NCBI GenBank assembly: GCA_900768245.1
Contig: CAAGCE010000241.1
Coordinates: 7,187 to 71,186 of the forward strand
Direction of reading: 5' to 3'
From: Oscillospiraceae bacterium
GTDB lineage: Bacteria; Bacillota; Clostridia; Oscillospirales; Ruminococcaceae
DNA: 64,000 nucleotides
The stretch's first letter is position 1. The number at the start of each line of letters is the position of its first letter. This document shows positions 57,700-64,000 of the stretch, in pieces. Under the pieces are notes generated by a model. The model was not told the origin of the DNA, did not search any database, and was given only the letters and a program-made list of their open reading frames with translations. A program made the translations under genes and the position numbers.

Positions 57700-58542
57700 A
57701 TGGATGCTAGTATAAAAAAACAGCTTGAAAAGACTGCCTGCAAAGTCAGAATGGGTGTTATTGAGGGTGTTTACAACGCTAAATCAGGACATCCCGGCGG
57801 ATCACTCTCAATTTGTGATCTTCTGACATATCTCTATTTTGCAAAACTTAATGTTGATCCTAAGAACCCTAAAATGGCAGAGCGTGACAGACTTGTGCTT
57901 TCAAAGGGACATTGTGCACCTGCACTCTATTCCGTACTTGCTGAGAGAGGATTTTTTGATGCTTCTGAGCTTAAGTCACTCCGTCATATCGGCGCAATGC
58001 TTCAGGGTCACCCTGATATGAAGGGTACACCCGGTGTTGATATGAGCACAGGTTCACTCGGACAGGGTATCTCCGCAGCCTGCGGTATGGCTCTCGGCGG
58101 AAAGCTTTCTGCTGCAAATTATAAGGTATATGCTATCCTTGGTGACGGTGAAATCGAAGAAGGTCAGGTTTGGGAAGCAGCAATGTTTGCTGCCCACAAT
58201 AAGCTTGACAATCTCGTTGCTATCGTTGATAATAACGGACTTCAGATAGATGGAAAGATCACTGATGTATGTTCTCCTATGCCTATCACAGATAAGTTTG
58301 AAGCTTTTGGCTGGCACGTTATTACAATGAATGCACATGATTTTGATGATATTGAACGTGCATTTGATGAAGCTGAAAAGATCAACGGCAAGCCTGTTGC
58401 AATTATCCAGACAAGTGTCAAGGGCAAGGGCGTTTCATTTATGGAAAATCAGGTAGGCTGGCATGGTACTGCTCCTAATGCTGAACAGTATGCACAGGCT
58501 ATGGATGAACTTAAGAAAACATTAGAAAGCTTGGAGGATTAA
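57700..58542 (+). CDS. Transketolase, N-terminal (TPP-binding) subunit
   Basis: Split transketolase; GHPGGSLS and GDGEIEEG motifs. Confidence 0.9.
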   Translation: MDASIKKQLEKTACKVRMGVIEGVYNAKSGHPGGSLSICDLLTYLYFAKLNVDPKNPKMAERDRLVLSKGHCAPALYSVLAERGFFDASELKSLRHIGAMLQGHPDMKGTPGVDMSTGSLGQGISAACGMALGGKLSAANYKVYAILGDGEIEEGQVWEAAMFAAHNKLDNLVAIVDNNGLQIDGKITDVCSPMPITDKFEAFGWHVITMNAHDFDDIERAFDEAEKINGKPVAIIQTSVKGKGVSFMENQVGWHGTAPNAEQYAQAMDELKKTLESLED

Positions 58543-58546
58543 GATA

Positions 58547-59497
58547 ATGGCTGATGTAATCAAAAAAGCTACCAGAGAAAGCTACGGTGAGGCTCTTGCA
58601 GAGCTTGCTGATAAATATGAAGATCTTATCGTACTTGATGCTGACCTTGCTGCCGCAACAAAGACAGGTATTTTTAAGAAGGCTCACCCTGAGCGTTTTG
58701 TAGACTGCGGTATTGCAGAAGCAAATATGATGGGTATTGCCGCAGGTCTTTCAACAACAGGCAAAAAGGTTTTTGCAAGCTCTTTTGCTATGTTTGCTGC
58801 AGGTAGAGCATATGAAGTTGTTCGTAACTCTATCGGCTACCCACATCTTAACGTAAATATCGGTGCAACACATGCCGGTATCTCAGTAGGTGAAGACGGT
58901 GCAACACATCAGTGCAACGAGGATATTGCTCTTATGAGAACAATTCCGGGAATGACAATTATCAATCCTGCCGATGATGTTGAAACAAAGGCTGCTGTTG
59001 AAGCTGCTCTTAATATCAATGGTCCTGTTTACCTCCGTTTCGGCAGACTTGCTGTTGAGAATTTCAATGATAAGGCAACATATAAATTTGAGGTTGGCAA
59101 GGGAATCCAGCTTCGTGACGGTAATGACGTTACAATTATTGCAACAGGTCTTATGGTACACGAGGCAAGAAAAGCAGCTGATATTCTTGCAGAGCAGGGT
59201 ATTTCCGCAAGAGTTATCAATATGCATACTATTAAGCCTATTGATAAGGATATTATCTGTAAGGCAGCTAAGGAAACAGGTGTTATTGTAACAGCTGAAG
59301 AACACAGCATTATCGGCGGACTTGGCTCTGCTGTTGCTGAAGTTGTAACAGACTGCTGTCCTGTGCCTGTTGTTAAGGTTGGCGTTAATGATGTATTCGG
59401 TCATTCAGGTCCTGCTGTTGATCTTCTCAAGGAATTCGGACTTTCAGCTGAAAATATAGTTGAGAAGACAAAATATGCACTCACATTAAAAAAGTAA
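58547..59497 (+). CDS. Transketolase, C-terminal (pyrimidine-binding) subunit
   Basis: 316 aa, follows N-terminal subunit by 4 nt. Confidence 0.9.
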   Translation: MADVIKKATRESYGEALAELADKYEDLIVLDADLAAATKTGIFKKAHPERFVDCGIAEANMMGIAAGLSTTGKKVFASSFAMFAAGRAYEVVRNSIGYPHLNVNIGATHAGISVGEDGATHQCNEDIALMRTIPGMTIINPADDVETKAAVEAALNINGPVYLRFGRLAVENFNDKATYKFEVGKGIQLRDGNDVTIIATGLMVHEARKAADILAEQGISARVINMHTIKPIDKDIICKAAKETGVIVTAEEHSIIGGLGSAVAEVVTDCCPVPVVKVGVNDVFGHSGPAVDLLKEFGLSAENIVEKTKYALTLKK

Positions 59498-59525
59498 TTT
59501 ATTTAACCGAATAATTTAAACTTAA

Positions 59526-59565
59526 ACGGATACAATTTGAGTTATCAAAGAGTATCCGTTTTTTA
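59526..59565 (+). terminator. Rho-independent terminator (aacggatac...gtatccgtt + TTTTT)
   Basis: 9-bp stem, U-tract. Confidence 0.6.
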
Positions 59566-59587
59566 TAGAAAGTATTATGGAGTGTAA

Positions 59588-61573
<1,986 letters not shown>

Positions 61574-61574
61574 A

Positions 61575-61612
61575 AAAACAGCGTACAGTCTTGATGACGG
61601 TACGCTGTTTTT
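61575..61612. terminator. Bidirectional terminator between ligA (+) and pspC-like gene (-)
   Basis: aaaaacagcgtac...gtacgctgttttt: perfect 8-bp stem flanked by A-run and T-run. Confidence 0.65.
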
Positions 61613-61629
61613 ATAAATGAAAGGTTTGG

Positions 61630-61821
61630 TTAATAGATAGATGTTTCTTCATTTGGCATTACAATTGCACAGATAATGTATGCCAGCAAGCCTGTTCCTG
61701 CACATAATACAAGAACTGCCCATATAAGACGAATTATCGTCGGGTCAACGTCAAAATATTTTGCAAAGCCTGCGCATACGCCGCAGATCATTCTTTCATT
61801 TGATTTTGTAAGCTTTTTCAT
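61630..61821 (-). CDS. PspC-domain small membrane protein
   Basis: MICGVCAGFAKYFDVDPTIIRLIWAV PspC signature. Confidence 0.7.
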   Translation of the reverse strand: MKKLTKSNERMICGVCAGFAKYFDVDPTIIRLIWAVLVLCAGTGLLAYIICAIVMPNEETSIY

Positions 61822-61833
61822 AATGATACTCCT

Positions 61834-62730
61834 TTACTCAATGTTGATGTAAATATCTCCTGCTATAAGGGATATGACAAATTTGTTTGGTGCATCTTCA
61901 TTAACCGGAATAGATGAATTATTATTTATGTTTAGATCTCCTGCAGCCTTAGATACATTAAAGCTGTAATCATCAATGCTGCCTGAGAGATTGATGCTGC
62001 AGTCTCCGGCTGTGTTTGAAATTTTGATAGTGTCTGTTAAAACAGATCCTTCCACATAAAGATCGCCTGCTGTTTTGTCGAGATCAAGATTGCTTATTGC
62101 TGATTCATATATAGAGGTTGAACCTGCGGTCGTTTGGATCTTAGCACTTTCTGCGATATTTATGCCGGACAAGGAAATGTTACCTGCTGTCAATTCAACG
62201 TCAAGAGTCTGAGCATTTAAACTGTAAACAGACACAGAACCTGTACTCATATTAATTTTGACAGAATCAAGCTCATTCGAAGGGAGAGTAATGTTGATCG
62301 ATGGTATTTCATAGTCAAGATATTGAGAAAGGTTGATTATATCGTTGTTTTCATAATTTATTTTAAGAATACCGTTTTCATCAATGCTCTCATTGAATTT
62401 ATGTGTTTCAACACCTGAAGCGGAAACTGAAAAATAGTCGCTGTAATCAACATAAACATCTGCGGCTGAAACATCAATTTTAATTCCGTTGATTTCTGTA
62501 GAATATGGATAGCTGTGGTAATAGCTGTCATCTGTTGTGCTTACGCTGTCTGATGATTCAACTGCAATTGATGTTTCAACAACTTGCATCGCATCAGATC
62601 TGCTTCTGTTTAAGCCAATATCATCAAGGTCAACGGAGTAACCCATTGAAGTGTAGATACCCGAAATAATTATACCCGCAATAAGAAGAACAAGACCGAT
62701 TGCAGCAAAGGCTATGCATAATTTTTTCAT
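61834..62730 (-). CDS. DUF4097-type beta-strand-repeat putative adhesin/LiaG-like membrane-anchored protein
   Basis: N-terminal TM then repeated ~20-aa beta-strand units (TAGDLYVEGSV, TAGDCSINLSG...). Confidence 0.55.
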   Translation of the reverse strand: MKKLCIAFAAIGLVLLIAGIIISGIYTSMGYSVDLDDIGLNRSRSDAMQVVETSIAVESSDSVSTTDDSYYHSYPYSTEINGIKIDVSAADVYVDYSDYFSVSASGVETHKFNESIDENGILKINYENNDIINLSQYLDYEIPSINITLPSNELDSVKINMSTGSVSVYSLNAQTLDVELTAGNISLSGINIAESAKIQTTAGSTSIYESAISNLDLDKTAGDLYVEGSVLTDTIKISNTAGDCSINLSGSIDDYSFNVSKAAGDLNINNNSSIPVNEDAPNKFVISLIAGDIYINIE

Positions 62731-63590
62731 TAAGCAACACCTCCTGCAAACTTGTTAAAGAATTTGATAACTGATTTTATTACCCAAGGCACAAACTTTA
62801 TCAGTCCAAGGATACCGGGTATGACAAGAATAAATCCTGCACCGCCGCATATAAGGCTGATTCCAAGCAGAAGCATACCTGTTCCAAAGCTTGCACCAAG
62901 TGTAATTATGCCAAAAATTGTGAATATAACCGCACAGGCAACCAATACAACTGCACCGACAGCTAAAGCAATGAAGAGGAAAAGCAGGAATATAAATATC
63001 GGAAGACCGAAAAACATTCCAAATAAAATTCCGAGTATGAGCATTACGACATCGCCGTCACTTTTGTAAGATTTGTTTTTATAGGCTGTATTTGATGTAT
63101 TTGAAGCCGATGAATTTGCAGTTGACGAAGAACCGTAGTTTTCCTTATATTCATCATATGACTCATAAGATGTATTATATTTTGAAGAAGCCGTGTCATT
63201 GTTGTTTGTATTTGTGTTGTTGTTTTCGTAGGAATAATTGTATGCCGTATATTGAGTATGCGGAGCGTCCTGCTGTTCGGAGGCAGCTTTCTGCGGCATA
63301 ACATCTTCTTCAGCGGCAGCGGAATTATTTTCAATAGGTTCGCTTTGTGCCAAAGATTTGCTTTCACGGTATTTTGCATATGAAAGGCTTTTTGAGTAAG
63401 CGGACTGTTCGCAGATTATGCTTTTTGCAAGAGCATAAGGCTTTCCGAGTTCGTCAATAACTGTCTGCTCATTTTCAGCTCCCGCATCTTCAAAATATTC
63501 TTCATAAAATCTGACAGCATTTTCTCTCTCTTCTGAAGAAAGCGACATAAGGTGTGTGTTTAATTCAGCGAGGTATTCTTGTTTTGTCAT
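62730..63590 (-). CDS. DUF1700-like protein (N-terminal helical domain, N/S/T/Y-rich linker, C-terminal multi-TM)
   Basis: MTKQEYLAELNTHLMSLSSEERENAVRFYEEYFEDAG N-terminus characteristic of DUF1700 partners of PadR. Confidence 0.55.
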   Translation of the reverse strand: MTKQEYLAELNTHLMSLSSEERENAVRFYEEYFEDAGAENEQTVIDELGKPYALAKSIICEQSAYSKSLSYAKYRESKSLAQSEPIENNSAAAEEDVMPQKAASEQQDAPHTQYTAYNYSYENNNTNTNNNDTASSKYNTSYESYDEYKENYGSSSTANSSASNTSNTAYKNKSYKSDGDVVMLILGILFGMFFGLPIFIFLLFLFIALAVGAVVLVACAVIFTIFGIITLGASFGTGMLLLGISLICGGAGFILVIPGILGLIKFVPWVIKSVIKFFNKFAGGVA

Positions 63591-63922
63591 AGATTTTCTT
63601 CACTCCCATCTAAATCAGGAAAGACCAATAGTTTATCAATTTTTGATTTATAAGAACCCCATTCTTCCTGATAATAACTAAGCTGTTCTTTTCCTTTTTC
63701 GGTAACTTTATAATATCGTCTGTTTCTGCCCATATATTCCTGGTCATAGCTTTCGAGGTACTCATTTTTGAGCAGTCGCCGCAGAACAGGGTAGAGCGTA
63801 GATTCCGACATTTCCATAGCTTCTCGTATCTCTTGGGTAATTTTATATCCGTAAGTATCTTCTTTTGAAACAACCGATAAAACAAGGGCATCAAGCAGCG
63901 TGGCACTCACCGGAAATACCAT
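63587..63922 (-). CDS. PadR-family transcriptional regulator
   Basis: Winged-helix PadR signature (YGYKITQEI...STLYPVLRRL). Confidence 0.8.
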   Translation of the reverse strand: MVFPVSATLLDALVLSVVSKEDTYGYKITQEIREAMEMSESTLYPVLRRLLKNEYLESYDQEYMGRNRRYYKVTEKGKEQLSYYQEEWGSYKSKIDKLLVFPDLDGSEENL

Positions 63923-63952
63923 ATCAGTCCCTCCTTATTGTTTGACTTTACT

Positions 63953-63984
63953 ATATTATACGCCGTATAATATACAATGTCAAT
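63953..63984 (-). promoter_or_regulatory. Promoter TTGACA-17-TATAAT of PadR operon with overlapping 21-bp perfect palindrome ATATTATACG-G-CGTATAATAT (candidate PadR operator)
   Basis: Read on minus strand; palindrome 63953-63973 covers the -10 hexamer. Confidence 0.55.
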
Positions 63985-64000
63985 ACTTATTGCTAAAAAA

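Overview
64 kb chromosomal segment from a low-GC, endospore-forming Firmicute (class Clostridia). The GH5, GH74-like and Cthe_2159-like genes suggest a fibrolytic organism. Most of the window is densely packed, same-strand housekeeping operons. In window order they are: ABC-2 permeases, a MATE exporter, a Mn(2+) riboswitch controlling mntP, and spoIIAA-spoIIAB-sigF. A minus-strand queuosine/preQ0 operon queD-queE-folE-queC-queF lies behind a preQ1-I-like riboswitch. Then follow pyrH-frr-uppS-cdsA-dxr-rseP-ispG-polC, a histidine operon hisZGDCBH-FIE that lacks hisA, and miaB-ricA-mutS-mutL-miaA-hfq. The window continues with a division cluster (yggS-sepF-ylmH-divIVA), ileS-lspA-rluD, split transketolase, ligA, and a minus-strand PadR-DUF1700-DUF4097-PspC envelope-stress module. 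Accessory patches hold a VTC-domain (polyphosphate-polymerase-like) + DUF4956 membrane protein + Cthe_2159-like beta-helix lipoprotein operon, and a cytoplasmic GH5 with an acidic partner. They also hold a lone tRNA-Lys(UUU), a GGDEF cyclase, a GH74-like BNR-repeat lipoprotein, a PASTA-fused class-A beta-lactamase-fold protein and a cysteine-rich protein preceded by tandem 18-nt repeats. No CRISPR array, transposase, integrase or phage genes were seen. The most unusual non-coding signal is a three-copy family of GC-rich palindromic elements. Each has two conserved 12-mers flanking an exactly 28-nt variable spacer and shows compensatory base changes. One copy is solo and two form an inverted doublet between convergent genes. 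A separate 72-nt palindrome with 20-bp arms overlaps the sigF stop codon. All calls come from reading the sequence and motifs by eye; no database searches were run.
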